In this document: positions 9,127 through 18,691 of the stretch, piece by piece
How positions within the stretch are numbered: position 1 is the stretch's first letter
Layout of the letters: each line of letters begins with the position of its first letter
Assembly (NCBI GenBank): GCA_002352225.1
Contig: DEIA01000011.1
Span: 10,987-74,986, forward strand
Reading direction: 5' to 3'
DNA: 64,000 bases
Source of the DNA: Flammeovirgaceae bacterium UBA2786
Lineage (GTDB): Bacteria; Bacteroidota; Bacteroidia; Cytophagales; Cyclobacteriaceae
The notes under the pieces: generated by a model
What the model was told of the DNA's origin: nothing
Seen by the model: only the letters and a program-made list of their open reading frames with translations
The model's database searches: none
Translations under genes and position numbers: made by a program

Positions 9127-9369
9127 GTGAAAAATGAAGCCGCATTTCAAAAGCAACTGGTTAAGATTGGCGAAAAACTGGCAGAGCTGCGTAAAAAGAA
9201 AGGTTATACCAGCCACGAAACTTTTGCTTACGACTATGAATTATCGCGTGTGCAATACTGGCGTATAGAAAAAGGAAAATCCAACCTTACTTTGCGCAGC
9301 CTTTATAATTTGCTTGAAATTCACGGAATTGACCTGAAAGACTTTTTTAATTCACTTCCAAAAGGATAA
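9127..9369 (+). CDS. XRE-family helix-turn-helix transcriptional regulator
   Basis: HTH_3 pattern IGEKLAELRKKKGYTSHETFAYDYELSRVQYWRIEKGKSNLTLRSL. GTG start. Confidence 0.7.
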   Translation: MKNEAAFQKQLVKIGEKLAELRKKKGYTSHETFAYDYELSRVQYWRIEKGKSNLTLRSLYNLLEIHGIDLKDFFNSLPKG

Positions 9370-9407
9370 AAAAACTTAGCTGCGTACTATTTAATAGGCA
9401 TTAACAT

Positions 9408-9563
9408 TTTTATTCAGCGCCTCTCAAACGGTATGCGCCAAAACACCTGGTAGTTAAACCCCCAGTACAATCCTTTAAATGGCAATCCAAAACCCGGAAT
9501 ATCATACGATTCAAAACCGGGAGTATTTTTGGTATGGGGTAAAAATTTCATTCTGCCCGTGTA
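9408..9563 (-). repeat. repeat B: native 3' end of the 9414-10097 gene, duplicated at 5163-5318
   Basis: See 5163-5318. Direct repeat confirmed by hand alignment. Confidence 0.9.
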
Positions 9564-10097
9564 GCCCATCCAGAACCCGCGCCACACTTTTACGCGCAAA
9601 CCGGTGGTTAATTCAATCCAGCCCGCAGCGGCATCGGGGTTAGATGCTGCTTGTTGTACCGTTGGAAATAATTCCGGAGCTATTGAATACAATACCCGTT
9701 CGCTGTATTGCGCGCGGCCATATCGCATCCCGATAAAAAACATATTCTTATCGGGATCTTTCAATAAGAAATTTATATCAACGCCCACACGAAAGTACTT
9801 GCCATCGTTATTATAAAGTCCGTTTACCAGTTTTGCTTCGCGCGACCAACCCCCTAACTCAAGTATTGGGTAGTATCTACCTAAATCAACATCGGCCGAA
9901 ATCTCCCAACTTTGTAAAGGTGTTTGGGCAATGGTTTTGCCAATCGCAATCAGGTCGGTGCCAATCCGCAAGCCGGTTGGTTTATGGATAGCCCGTAACG
10001 AATCGCGCTCGTTTTTCTGAGCGGCTACCTGCAGGCTAAGCATTACCAGCAAGCTACTCCACAAAAATTTTGACATTGATGCCGGCATTGGTCGCAA
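9414..10097 (-). CDS. outer-membrane beta-barrel-like protein (possibly DUF6048 family)
   Basis: Signal peptide MSKFLWSSLLVMLSLQVAAQ, so the true start is probably the Met at 10076. Beta-strand-rich, aromatic-rich sequence. Paired with the upstream lipoprotein gene. Confidence 0.6.
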   Translation of the reverse strand: MRPMPASMSKFLWSSLLVMLSLQVAAQKNERDSLRAIHKPTGLRIGTDLIAIGKTIAQTPLQSWEISADVDLGRYYPILELGGWSREAKLVNGLYNNDGKYFRVGVDINFLLKDPDKNMFFIGMRYGRAQYSERVLYSIAPELFPTVQQAASNPDAAAGWIELTTGLRVKVWRGFWMGYTGRMKFLPHTKNTPGFESYDIPGFGLPFKGLYWGFNYQVFWRIPFERR

Positions 10098-10503
10098 GTC
10101 GGTTGTTTAGAATAGTTATGTTTTCAAACGATGAATGGGTAAGACTTAAATCGGTAAGGTAAGCCAGCGCTCCGCAGTTCTCCGAAATCACTTCAGTTTG
10201 TACCCGGTAGCCAAGCGAAAGCGTTTCTGGTACATCGCCAAAATAAAATGTAATGGTAACTGCGGTTTGGGCCGGATTAAGAGGCAAAGCGATAGCACTG
10301 AACGTATTATCGTCAGGAATCAGGAACCCGTTAACACCGGAAATAGCTATAGAATCGACTTCCACTTCTACGGTTTTATCCTGTGCATCATAAAATGCAA
10401 AGGTTGCCTGGTTGGTAGACGTATCAAAACAATCGGGTTCGGTAAGGCAACCCCACAACCCCAACAGCAAAAACACCAATAACCGAACGATTTTCAAGAA
10501 CAC
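10054..10503 (-). CDS. hypothetical lipoprotein (possibly DUF6452 family)
   Basis: Lipobox LLGLWGC. 149 aa. Overlaps and is co-oriented with the downstream barrel gene. Confidence 0.55.
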   Translation of the reverse strand: MFLKIVRLLVFLLLGLWGCLTEPDCFDTSTNQATFAFYDAQDKTVEVEVDSIAISGVNGFLIPDDNTFSAIALPLNPAQTAVTITFYFGDVPETLSLGYRVQTEVISENCGALAYLTDLSLTHSSFENITILNNRLATNAGINVKIFVE

Positions 10504-10586
10504 TAAGTTTAGTGCAAATATACCGTGCCTGCCGGAAACTCAAATTGCATCTGGCATTTCGTATTTTTACACCGTAATTATTATTC

Positions 10587-11897
10587 GTGAAAACAAAAGG
10601 CTCAAAAAAGACCAAAGTAAATATTGTAACGCTGGGTTGCTCCAAAAACCTGGTAGATTCTGAGGTGCTGCTTACCCAGCTTCGCGGAAACGGGATTGAA
10701 ACCACGCACGAATCGAAAAAAGATGATTCGAACATTGTGGTGATTAACACCTGCGGCTTTATCGATAATGCCAAACAGGAGTCGATTGATACCATACTGC
10801 GTTACGTAGATGCCAAAGAAGAGGGCATTGTTGAAAAGGTTTACGTTACCGGGTGCTTATCGGAACGGTACAAAGACGATCTTCAAAAAGAAATTCCGGA
10901 TGTAGATGCCTGGTTTGGCACACGCGATCTTTCGCGCTTATTGAAACAACTCAATGCCAACTATAAACACGAACTGGTAGGCGAGCGTATTCTTACCAAC
11001 CCTGCCCATTTTGCTTATCTCAAAATTTCAGAAGGGTGCGACAGGCCCTGTTCGTTTTGTGCTATTCCGATTATGCGCGGCAAGCACATCTCCAAACCTA
11101 TGGAAGAGCTTGTGCTGGAAGCAAAGAACCTCGCCAAAAAAGGCACGAAAGAATTATTGCTGATTGCGCAGGACTCAACGTATTATGGTCTTGATTTGTA
11201 TAAGAAGCGAAACTTAGCTGAACTATTAAACCGCCTTGCCGATGTAGAAGGCATTGACTGGATTCGGTTGCATTATGCATTTCCTACCGGCTTTCCGTTA
11301 GATGTATTAGATGTAATAGCTAACCGGCCCAACATCTGCAACTACTTAGATATTCCGTTGCAGCATGGCAGCAGCAAGATGCTTCAATTAATGAAACGCG
11401 GCACCACGCGCGAAAAAACAGAAGCATTATTAAACACCATACGCAATAAAGTGCCGGGCATTGCCATACGCACTACGTTAATTGCCGGGCATCCGGGCGA
11501 AGGGGAAGTTGAATTTGAGGAAATGATGAAGTTTGTAGAAACATCGCGCTTCGACCGGCTGGGTGTGTTCGCTTACTCGCACGAAGAAAATACCCATGCT
11601 TATTCGATGAACGATGATGTGCCGGAAGAAATCAAACAGGAACGGGTGGCTGCACTGATGGACCTGCAGCAAGGCATTTCATTAGAATTGAATCAACAAA
11701 AAATCGGTAAAATTTTTAAGGTTCTGATTGACCGGAAAGAAGGTGGCAATTTTTATGGTCGTACGGAATTTGATTCACCCGAGGTGGATAACGAAGTTAT
11801 TCTGGATGGTACCAAAAACTACCTGCGTGTGGGCGATTTTGTTACGGCTAAAATAATGGCAGCCACCGAATTTGATCTGATGGCCACTCCTCTTTAA
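10587..11897 (+). CDS. rimO: ribosomal protein S12 methylthiotransferase RimO
   Basis: N-terminal Cys triad (TLGCSKN, NTCGF), radical-SAM motif CDRPCSFC, C-terminal TRAM-like domain. GTG start. Confidence 0.9.
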   Translation: MKTKGSKKTKVNIVTLGCSKNLVDSEVLLTQLRGNGIETTHESKKDDSNIVVINTCGFIDNAKQESIDTILRYVDAKEEGIVEKVYVTGCLSERYKDDLQKEIPDVDAWFGTRDLSRLLKQLNANYKHELVGERILTNPAHFAYLKISEGCDRPCSFCAIPIMRGKHISKPMEELVLEAKNLAKKGTKELLLIAQDSTYYGLDLYKKRNLAELLNRLADVEGIDWIRLHYAFPTGFPLDVLDVIANRPNICNYLDIPLQHGSSKMLQLMKRGTTREKTEALLNTIRNKVPGIAIRTTLIAGHPGEGEVEFEEMMKFVETSRFDRLGVFAYSHEENTHAYSMNDDVPEEIKQERVAALMDLQQGISLELNQQKIGKIFKVLIDRKEGGNFYGRTEFDSPEVDNEVILDGTKNYLRVGDFVTAKIMAATEFDLMATPL

Positions 11898-12008
11898 TAG
11901 CATTAACAGGAATTTAACAAGGCGTCTCTTTTCAAATAAATTATCATGAACTTTATGAGAAAATAACCGTTATTCGGGTTATGCTTATTCATTTCACCTG
12001 TTGTTAGT

Positions 12009-13574
12009 ATGCGCGTTCAAAAGCTGGATTTTTCAGAAACCCGATCATTCTCTTCGTTCTTCCTTGATTACATTCAGCAAACCGATTCATTAAAATCATT
12101 TTATTCACGGTTTCCTCTTCTTGAAAATTTTGAAGGTCAGATAAAGGAAAAATCAAAATCTTTCTCGCAACAACAACGCGACATACTTTACCAGGCGCTA
12201 ACTCAGCAGTATCAAGACATTGAAGTTTCCGATAAAGTAAAAAACAACCTTACGTCATTAAAAAATTCAAACACATTTACCGTAACAACCGGACATCAGT
12301 TAAATGTATTTACCGGCCCGTTATATTTTGTATACAAGATTGTAACAGTAATTAATGCCTGCAAAAAACTAAAGCAACAATATCCTGCTTACGATTTTGT
12401 TCCGGTGTATTGGATGGCCAGCGAAGACCACGACTATGAAGAAATAAAATCGCTGCGGGTACAAGGCAAAAAATACACCTGGGTTACGCAGCAGACCGGT
12501 GCCGTTGGCCGGTTTAATACCCAAGGACTTACTGAACTTGCCAACGAAATTCCGGGCGATACCACACTATTTAAAACTGCCTATTCAAAAGGTAAAACAC
12601 TTAGTTCAGCCGCAAGACAGTATGTAAATCAACTTTTTCAGCAAGAAGGAATTGTAGTGATTGATGCCGATGATGCTAACCTGAAGAAGGCGCTGATTCC
12701 GGTAATGCAGGAAGACATCCTGAATCACACTCCGTTTAATCTTGTTACTCAAACCAACTCAGAACTTCACCAGTTGGGTTACCATACCCAGGTAAATGCC
12801 CGCGAAATTAATTTCTTTTATCTGAAAGATTCTTTGCGCGCACGTATAGAAAAGCGAGGCGAACGCTTTCACGTAATTGATTCGAAAATATCTTTTAGTG
12901 AATCTGAAATCGGGGAAAGGATTAAAAACAACCCGGAAGAGTTTAGTCCAAACGTAATTCTACGCCCGGTATATCAGGAAATGATTTTACCCAACCTGGC
13001 TTATGTGGGCGGGCCTGCCGAACTGGTGTATTGGCTCGAATTAAGAAAAGTATTTGAATTATTCCGGCAACCCTTTCCTGTATTGATGCCTCGTAATTTT
13101 GCATTGGTAGCCGATGCTCCTACCCTTCGCAAAATGGAGAAGACCGGAATTGAACTAAGCTTATACTTTGCCGAAAAGAATTTTCTTTTTAACCATTGGA
13201 CGTTGCAAAACACCAATCATGAGCTTACCACCGGAAAGGAATTAAATCTGGTAACTGAACTCTTTGAAAACCTACGTGCCCGGGCAAATTCAATTGACCC
13301 CACATTAAACGCATTTGTGGGTGCGCAGGCAAAGCGAACCACTTCGGCTTTGCAAAAAGTAGAGGAAAAAATGATTCGTGCAGAAAAAAGAAAACAAAAA
13401 GAGAAGCTTGCGCAGATTGAAGCAGTAAAAGATGCCTGGTTCCCGAACAACAGTTTGCAGGAACGTACCGATAACCTGTTGAATTTTTATCCGGCCGATC
13501 CGGATTTTATCAAAGATCTGATTTTGTTGCTCGACCCGTTTGACTATCGGTTTAATATTCTGATAAATGACTAA
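12009..13574 (+). CDS. bshC: bacillithiol biosynthesis cysteine-adding enzyme BshC
   Basis: The 521-aa length and the N-terminus MRVQKLDFSETRSFSSFFLDYI are typical of BshC. The Bacteroidota context includes ytxJ elsewhere in the window. Confidence 0.75.
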   Translation: MRVQKLDFSETRSFSSFFLDYIQQTDSLKSFYSRFPLLENFEGQIKEKSKSFSQQQRDILYQALTQQYQDIEVSDKVKNNLTSLKNSNTFTVTTGHQLNVFTGPLYFVYKIVTVINACKKLKQQYPAYDFVPVYWMASEDHDYEEIKSLRVQGKKYTWVTQQTGAVGRFNTQGLTELANEIPGDTTLFKTAYSKGKTLSSAARQYVNQLFQQEGIVVIDADDANLKKALIPVMQEDILNHTPFNLVTQTNSELHQLGYHTQVNAREINFFYLKDSLRARIEKRGERFHVIDSKISFSESEIGERIKNNPEEFSPNVILRPVYQEMILPNLAYVGGPAELVYWLELRKVFELFRQPFPVLMPRNFALVADAPTLRKMEKTGIELSLYFAEKNFLFNHWTLQNTNHELTTGKELNLVTELFENLRARANSIDPTLNAFVGAQAKRTTSALQKVEEKMIRAEKRKQKEKLAQIEAVKDAWFPNNSLQERTDNLLNFYPADPDFIKDLILLLDPFDYRFNILIND

Positions 13575-14139
13575 GCAAGCCCTGCGTAAACTTTATCTAC
13601 AGAAAAGAAACAACCTTACCGAAGCGGAATACACCCAATTCAACTTTCAGATTTATCAACACTTTTTTGCATCAGTCGATCTCTCTTTTATAAAAATAAT
13701 TCATACCTACCTGCCCATTGCATCCAAACGCGAAGTAGATACATGGTTAATTATTGATCGCATCAAGCGTGAGTTTCCTCACATTCGCATTTCTATTCCA
13801 AAGGTTAGCCCACAAAACAATACGCTCGACAATTTCTATTTCGAAGGTCTTCATCAATTAACAACTAACGAGTGGGGCATTCAGGAACCCAAACAAGGCA
13901 TACCAACAGAAATAAAAAAAATTGACATGGTGCTGGTTCCACTTCTTGCATTTGATGCGCACGGCCACAGAGTGGGCTATGGAAAAGGATACTACGATAT
14001 ATTTTTGAAAACCTGTCGCCCTGATTGTCAAAGAATTGGACTCTCCCTTTTTTCCTCTGTAGAAAACATTGATGACATCTACTCAATGGACGTTTCACTC
14101 CATCAGTGTATTACACCCGAAGGTCTTATAGAATTCTAA
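13567..14139 (+). CDS. 5-formyltetrahydrofolate cyclo-ligase
   Basis: LRKLYLQKRNNLT... N-terminus and the VPLLAFDAHGHRVGYGKGYYD motif. Confidence 0.85.
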   Translation: MTKQALRKLYLQKRNNLTEAEYTQFNFQIYQHFFASVDLSFIKIIHTYLPIASKREVDTWLIIDRIKREFPHIRISIPKVSPQNNTLDNFYFEGLHQLTTNEWGIQEPKQGIPTEIKKIDMVLVPLLAFDAHGHRVGYGKGYYDIFLKTCRPDCQRIGLSLFSSVENIDDIYSMDVSLHQCITPEGLIEF

Positions 14140-15218
14140 ACCTCCGGCTCCTGCTGACTCAAACAATGAAACGAACCTAATCCCCAGATAATGTCGGTGG
14201 AGTCGATACCAATTACTTTGCGATCGTTAAAACAGGATTGTAAGATATCGATGGCCCGATCGTCATTTTTATCGCGGAAGGTTGGCACTACCACATACTT
14301 ATTGGCAATGTAAAAGTTTGCATACGAGGCGGGTAACCGTTGATCTTCATAGATAACCGGGGCAGGCATAGGCAACTCCACAATATTCATCTGTTTACCA
14401 TTTTCCAGACGAAGTGTTTTTAATTCCTTCAGGTTGTTCTGAAGAATTTCGTAGTTCTCATCGCTTCTGTTTTCTTCCATGATTGTTACTACGGTATCTT
14501 CATTCACAAACCGGGTCAGATCATCAATATGTCCGTCAGTATCATCACCAATAATACCATCGCCAAGCCAAAGTATATGGTCCACACCGTAATAATCGAT
14601 CATATATTTTTCGATTTGCGCCTGATTTAATTGTGGATTACGATTTGGATTTAGTAAACACGCACGCGTTGTAAGTAATGTTCCTCGTCCGTTAAACTCA
14701 ACCGAACCGCCCTCCATTACAATGCCCGGTTCTACTACCGGAATGTTATACTGTTTGGCGATTAATGTCGGGATTACATCATCTAAATCAAATGGAGGAT
14801 ACTTTCCGCCCCAGGCGTTGTAGCCCCAATCTACAATCATTTTCTTTTTTTCTTTCGGATTAATCAGAAACGCAGGGCCGTGATCGCGGCACCACGCATC
14901 GTTAGTAGGGTGAATGAAAAATTGCACGTTGCTCAAATCTGCACCAGCCTCGTTGATATATCTGGTAGCTTTCTCGCGCATGGCTTCATTCGCCACGTTA
15001 ATGTTTACACGCTCGCCTTCGGCTACACGTTTAATAAACTCTGCATAGTGCGGATAAATAGTTTCAATCTTTCCGGGCCACGATGCTTCCTTATGCGGCC
15101 AGCTTAACCAGGTAGCGGTGTGTTTGGCAAATTCGGCAGGGAAGTGAAAGCCTAATTCCTTTGGTGTTAAAGAGTCGGAAAGACCGGAAGTCAGAAAGTC
15201 AGGAGGTTTAGTACTCAT
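14136..15218 (-). CDS. aguA: agmatine deiminase
   Basis: Porphyromonas-type peptidyl-arginine deiminase family features: WLSWPH, DDTDGHIDD, and the C-terminal catalytic Cys in GSFHCLSQQ. Confidence 0.9.
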   Translation of the reverse strand: MSTKPPDFLTSGLSDSLTPKELGFHFPAEFAKHTATWLSWPHKEASWPGKIETIYPHYAEFIKRVAEGERVNINVANEAMREKATRYINEAGADLSNVQFFIHPTNDAWCRDHGPAFLINPKEKKKMIVDWGYNAWGGKYPPFDLDDVIPTLIAKQYNIPVVEPGIVMEGGSVEFNGRGTLLTTRACLLNPNRNPQLNQAQIEKYMIDYYGVDHILWLGDGIIGDDTDGHIDDLTRFVNEDTVVTIMEENRSDENYEILQNNLKELKTLRLENGKQMNIVELPMPAPVIYEDQRLPASYANFYIANKYVVVPTFRDKNDDRAIDILQSCFNDRKVIGIDSTDIIWGLGSFHCLSQQEPEV

Positions 15219-15619
15219 TTGAGGGAATTACGAAGCGCGTTAATCATAACAAGAATCTCTTCACAAGAAGAATATAGTTCTTTAAATTCTTCATCAGAAA
15301 TATACTTTCTTCTTTTGGCAAGATATAAGCAGGCTACTACTTCAATATCCGACCGTAAGGCATAACCAAGAAATTTGTTGAACTCAGGATTTGATTGCCC
15401 GGTAGAGCCCTCGGCTATATTCAATGAAACCGAATCAGCGGCACGTTTAACCTGCGAGGTGAGAATGTAAACTTCTTCCTTCGGAAATTTTTTGGTAAGG
15501 GTATCTACTTTGTCGGAAAGGTCAACAGCTTTCTGCCAAACAACCAGTTTTTCAAATTTAAATCCCATTCTTTTCGGTCTTTCGGACTTAAAAACTTCCG
15601 GACTATTAATCTTCGTCAA
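15215..15619 (-). CDS. four-helix-bundle protein (23S rRNA intervening-sequence protein family)
   Basis: FKFEKLVVWQKAVDLS... and NIAEGS motifs typical of this family. 134 aa. Overlaps both neighbours. Confidence 0.8.
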   Translation of the reverse strand: MTKINSPEVFKSERPKRMGFKFEKLVVWQKAVDLSDKVDTLTKKFPKEEVYILTSQVKRAADSVSLNIAEGSTGQSNPEFNKFLGYALRSDIEVVACLYLAKRRKYISDEEFKELYSSCEEILVMINALRNSLK

Positions 15620-16484
15620 TAAACCTCTTCGTAATCGGCTGGTACGAATCTATTCTTCTATCACGCAGAAACGGCCAGTGTGTGCGTATGCTGTCGGTTT
15701 TTTTCAAATCAAGTTCCAAAACATTCACTTCTTCTTTATCGTGCGAGGCCTGGTATAAAATGCTTCCCAGCGGGTTGGCAATAAACGAACCGCCCCAGAA
15801 TTTCATCGCACCGTTTTGTTCAAAGCCTACGCGATTCACACTCACTACGTGTAAGCCGTTTGCTACCGCATGACTGCGCTGAATGGTTTGCCATGCTCCG
15901 TATTGTTCTACGTTAGTAGCTTCATCTTGCGAAGTTGCCCAACCAATAGCGGTAGGATAAAACAAAACTTCAGCGCCCATCAGGGCGGTAATGCGCGATG
16001 CTTCCGGATACCACTGATCCCAGCAAATTAAAATACCCACGGTGGCAAATTTGGTTTTAAAAACCTTATAGCCCAGATCGCCCGGAGTGAAATAAAATTT
16101 TTCGTAGTAAGCCGGATCATCGGGGATGTGCATTTTCCGGTACTTGCCCAGGTATTTTCCATCGGCATCGATTACTGCCGTTGTGTTATGGTAAAGCCCT
16201 TCGGCACGTTTTTCGAATAACGAGGCAATAATAACTACACCTAACTCTTTGGCTACTGCCGACAGTGATTCTGTTGAAGGCCCGGGTATGGCTTCGGCCA
16301 GTTTAAAGTTTTCGTAGTCTTCTACATCGCAGAAATAAAGCGATGTGAAAAGTTCTTGCAAACAAACAATTTGTGCTCCTTTCGCGGCCGCTTCGCGAAT
16401 TCCGGTAATGGCTTTCGCGAGATTTTCTTTTGGTTCTTTCGTGCAACTCATCTGCACGGTTCCAATCTTAACGTTCTTGCTCAA
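15606..16484 (-). CDS. aguB: N-carbamoylputrescine amidase (carbon-nitrogen hydrolase)
   Basis: CN-hydrolase Glu-Lys-Cys signature (CLQELF ... YRKMH ... LICWDQWYPE). Adjacent to aguA. Confidence 0.88.
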   Translation of the reverse strand: MSKNVKIGTVQMSCTKEPKENLAKAITGIREAAAKGAQIVCLQELFTSLYFCDVEDYENFKLAEAIPGPSTESLSAVAKELGVVIIASLFEKRAEGLYHNTTAVIDADGKYLGKYRKMHIPDDPAYYEKFYFTPGDLGYKVFKTKFATVGILICWDQWYPEASRITALMGAEVLFYPTAIGWATSQDEATNVEQYGAWQTIQRSHAVANGLHVVSVNRVGFEQNGAMKFWGGSFIANPLGSILYQASHDKEEVNVLELDLKKTDSIRTHWPFLRDRRIDSYQPITKRFIDED

Positions 16485-16598
16485 TGCTCTGCTGTTTTAA
16501 AGGTGCAAAGGTAAAAACTTTGAAGGGGTTACGAAAGGTTAAGATATAAACATAAATACCTGGCAGGTGTTATCTTTGCCTTTCACCTAAAGAAATTC

Positions 16599-17936
16599 AT
16601 GGGTACGGATTCCCAAGGTCAGCATACAACACAGCCCTCCACCGGAACAAATACAACTAAACATCGGGGGTTTATTCACTGGTTGGTTATCGGCAAAGAA
16701 ACACCGGGAGATGTTCGTGCATCGAAAGTAAAGATGCTTCGGGGGCAGGTTGCATTGATTTGTATGTTTACCGGAGCCCTTTACGCAGTAGTGTTAGGGT
16801 TTCTTGGCGATTTCAGAATGCTACCGTGGGAATTGGTTCTAATGGCAGGCGGGATGCTTGCCTTTTACCTGAACCGTATTCAATACTTTATGGCTTCTAC
16901 CATTACCCTTTTTATTCTTATGAATAGTTTGGTTTACTTATTTACAGCTGTAGACCGGCCACAGGAGGGCACCTTTTTCTACTACTTCATGTCGAGCTCT
17001 ATATCTATTTTATTAATGTGGTATTATAACCGGTACTTCGCAATGGCAATGGCTGGCATAACCGTTGTTGTTGCGGTTCTTGCATTTCACTATCCGGTTT
17101 ATATTATCCCATCTCCACAAGGAACAAGTCCTGCCATTGAACGTATTGTTTTTGTAGCTAACCTGGCAATGTGTCTTATTTTTAGTTCGTATGTACTCCT
17201 TTCTGTTTTGCAGGAAAACTTCAACACAGAAACCAAACTGATTCATAATCATCAGGAGCTTAAAAAAGCAAACGAAGAGCTCGATCGGTTTGTGTACAGT
17301 GCCAGCCATGATATGCGCGCACCGCTTTCTTCATTATTAGGCTTAATTAACGTGGCAGAAAAAACACAAACACCACAAGAAATTGCCACCTGCCTTACCA
17401 TGATGCGGCAACGTATAGAAGTAATGGATGTTTTATTAAAAGAAGTAACAGACTACTCGCGCAATGTGCGCACTGAGGTTCTCATTACTCCGTTTAATCT
17501 AATGAAGTGCATTCAGGCCTCCGTGGCCAGTCTGGATTTTTTAGCTGGGCATGATAAAATCAAAATCTCAATTCTGGCAGAACCAGAGTTGGTTGTTCAT
17601 ACTCATGAGTCCCGGTTTTCTGTAATCCTGAATAACCTGCTATCGAATGCCATTAAATATCACGATTCGCATAAGACCAACCCTTTTATAAATATTTCAG
17701 CGGTTGTAAGAAACAATCAACTTATCCTTACGGTGGAAGATAACGGTTTGGGTATTGCTTCAGAGCATCAGGCGCGCATCTTCGATATGTTTTACCGGGC
17801 CACCATTCATGGTGAAGGCTCGGGCCTGGGGTTATACATTGTGCGGGAAACTTTACAAAAACTGGGCGGCACAATTGAAATCAAATCATCGCCCAGAGAG
17901 GGAAGTGTGTTTACGCTACGTCTTCCACAACCTTAA
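16599..17936 (+). CDS. membrane sensor histidine kinase
   Basis: About 5 TM helices, then the H-box FVYSASHDMRAPL, the N-box NLLSNAIKY and the G-boxes DNGLGI / GSGLGL. Confidence 0.85.
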   Translation: MGTDSQGQHTTQPSTGTNTTKHRGFIHWLVIGKETPGDVRASKVKMLRGQVALICMFTGALYAVVLGFLGDFRMLPWELVLMAGGMLAFYLNRIQYFMASTITLFILMNSLVYLFTAVDRPQEGTFFYYFMSSSISILLMWYYNRYFAMAMAGITVVVAVLAFHYPVYIIPSPQGTSPAIERIVFVANLAMCLIFSSYVLLSVLQENFNTETKLIHNHQELKKANEELDRFVYSASHDMRAPLSSLLGLINVAEKTQTPQEIATCLTMMRQRIEVMDVLLKEVTDYSRNVRTEVLITPFNLMKCIQASVASLDFLAGHDKIKISILAEPELVVHTHESRFSVILNNLLSNAIKYHDSHKTNPFINISAVVRNNQLILTVEDNGLGIASEHQARIFDMFYRATIHGEGSGLGLYIVRETLQKLGGTIEIKSSPREGSVFTLRLPQP

Positions 17937-17940
17937 CCAA

Positions 17941-18621
17941 CTACATTTTAATAGCTCTAACCATCTCGCGCTTGCCGGGTGGGCCGGGCAAAGACTCCAC
18001 CTGTAAACCAAGGTTTTTAAGGTCGCGTTTAAGTTGTCCTTTCGCGCAATAGGTTACAAAAACTGCCCCGGGAGCAAGACACTGAACAACCTTTTCCAGC
18101 ACATTAAATGCCCACATATCAGGCTGTTTGTTTGGTGCAAAGGCATCGTAATAAATCAGATCAAATTTTAAATCAGGTATTGAGCAATCTTGTAATGAAT
18201 TTTCGCACTTAAACAGGTGTGCTGTTGGTAGTATTGATTGCCAGCTATTCCATGGGCTTGAGTGAATTTTTTCAAATAATTCGCGATGGGTAGTAGCATA
18301 ATTAAGGTGTTGCCACACTTCTGCGGGCAACGGAAATTTCTCAATCGCAAAATACTGAAGGGTTAAAGCCTGCACGTTAGGCGCGCAAAGCGTAAGCCAT
18401 GCATTTAATGCTGTGCCCAACCCCACTTCCAGAATACGGATGTGATTCTGTTGGTTACAGTTAATCCAGTAGTTCAACCCATGCTCAATAAATACATATT
18501 CAGATTCCTGCCTGGCTCCATGGCGGGAATGGTACGTTTCGTCCAACTCGGTATTTAGTAAGGAGTGCGAGCCATCGTTTGTGGTTATTAATTTAATGGA
18601 TTGTGGCCTGATATAAGTCAT
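17941..18621 (-). CDS. mnmD: tRNA (mnm5s2U34) methyltransferase, MnmC C-terminal-type SAM-MTase domain (MnmD)
   Basis: ILEVGLGTALN SAM motif and the YYDAFAPNKQPDMW signature of the MnmC methyltransferase domain. Confidence 0.7.
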   Translation of the reverse strand: MTYIRPQSIKLITTNDGSHSLLNTELDETYHSRHGARQESEYVFIEHGLNYWINCNQQNHIRILEVGLGTALNAWLTLCAPNVQALTLQYFAIEKFPLPAEVWQHLNYATTHRELFEKIHSSPWNSWQSILPTAHLFKCENSLQDCSIPDLKFDLIYYDAFAPNKQPDMWAFNVLEKVVQCLAPGAVFVTYCAKGQLKRDLKNLGLQVESLPGPPGKREMVRAIKM

Positions 18622-18691
18622 GCTGATTTTAACGGGTAAAATATACCCGAAATAGTATCTTTAAACCAACGTGTAATTAATATTTTACTTT

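Noticed and set aside
10424-10795. A 123-aa minus-strand ORF spanning the rimO start region, and plus-strand ORFs at 10198-10663.
   Set aside because: They overlap rimO and the lipoprotein gene, which have better support (motifs, lipobox). Typical shadow ORFs.
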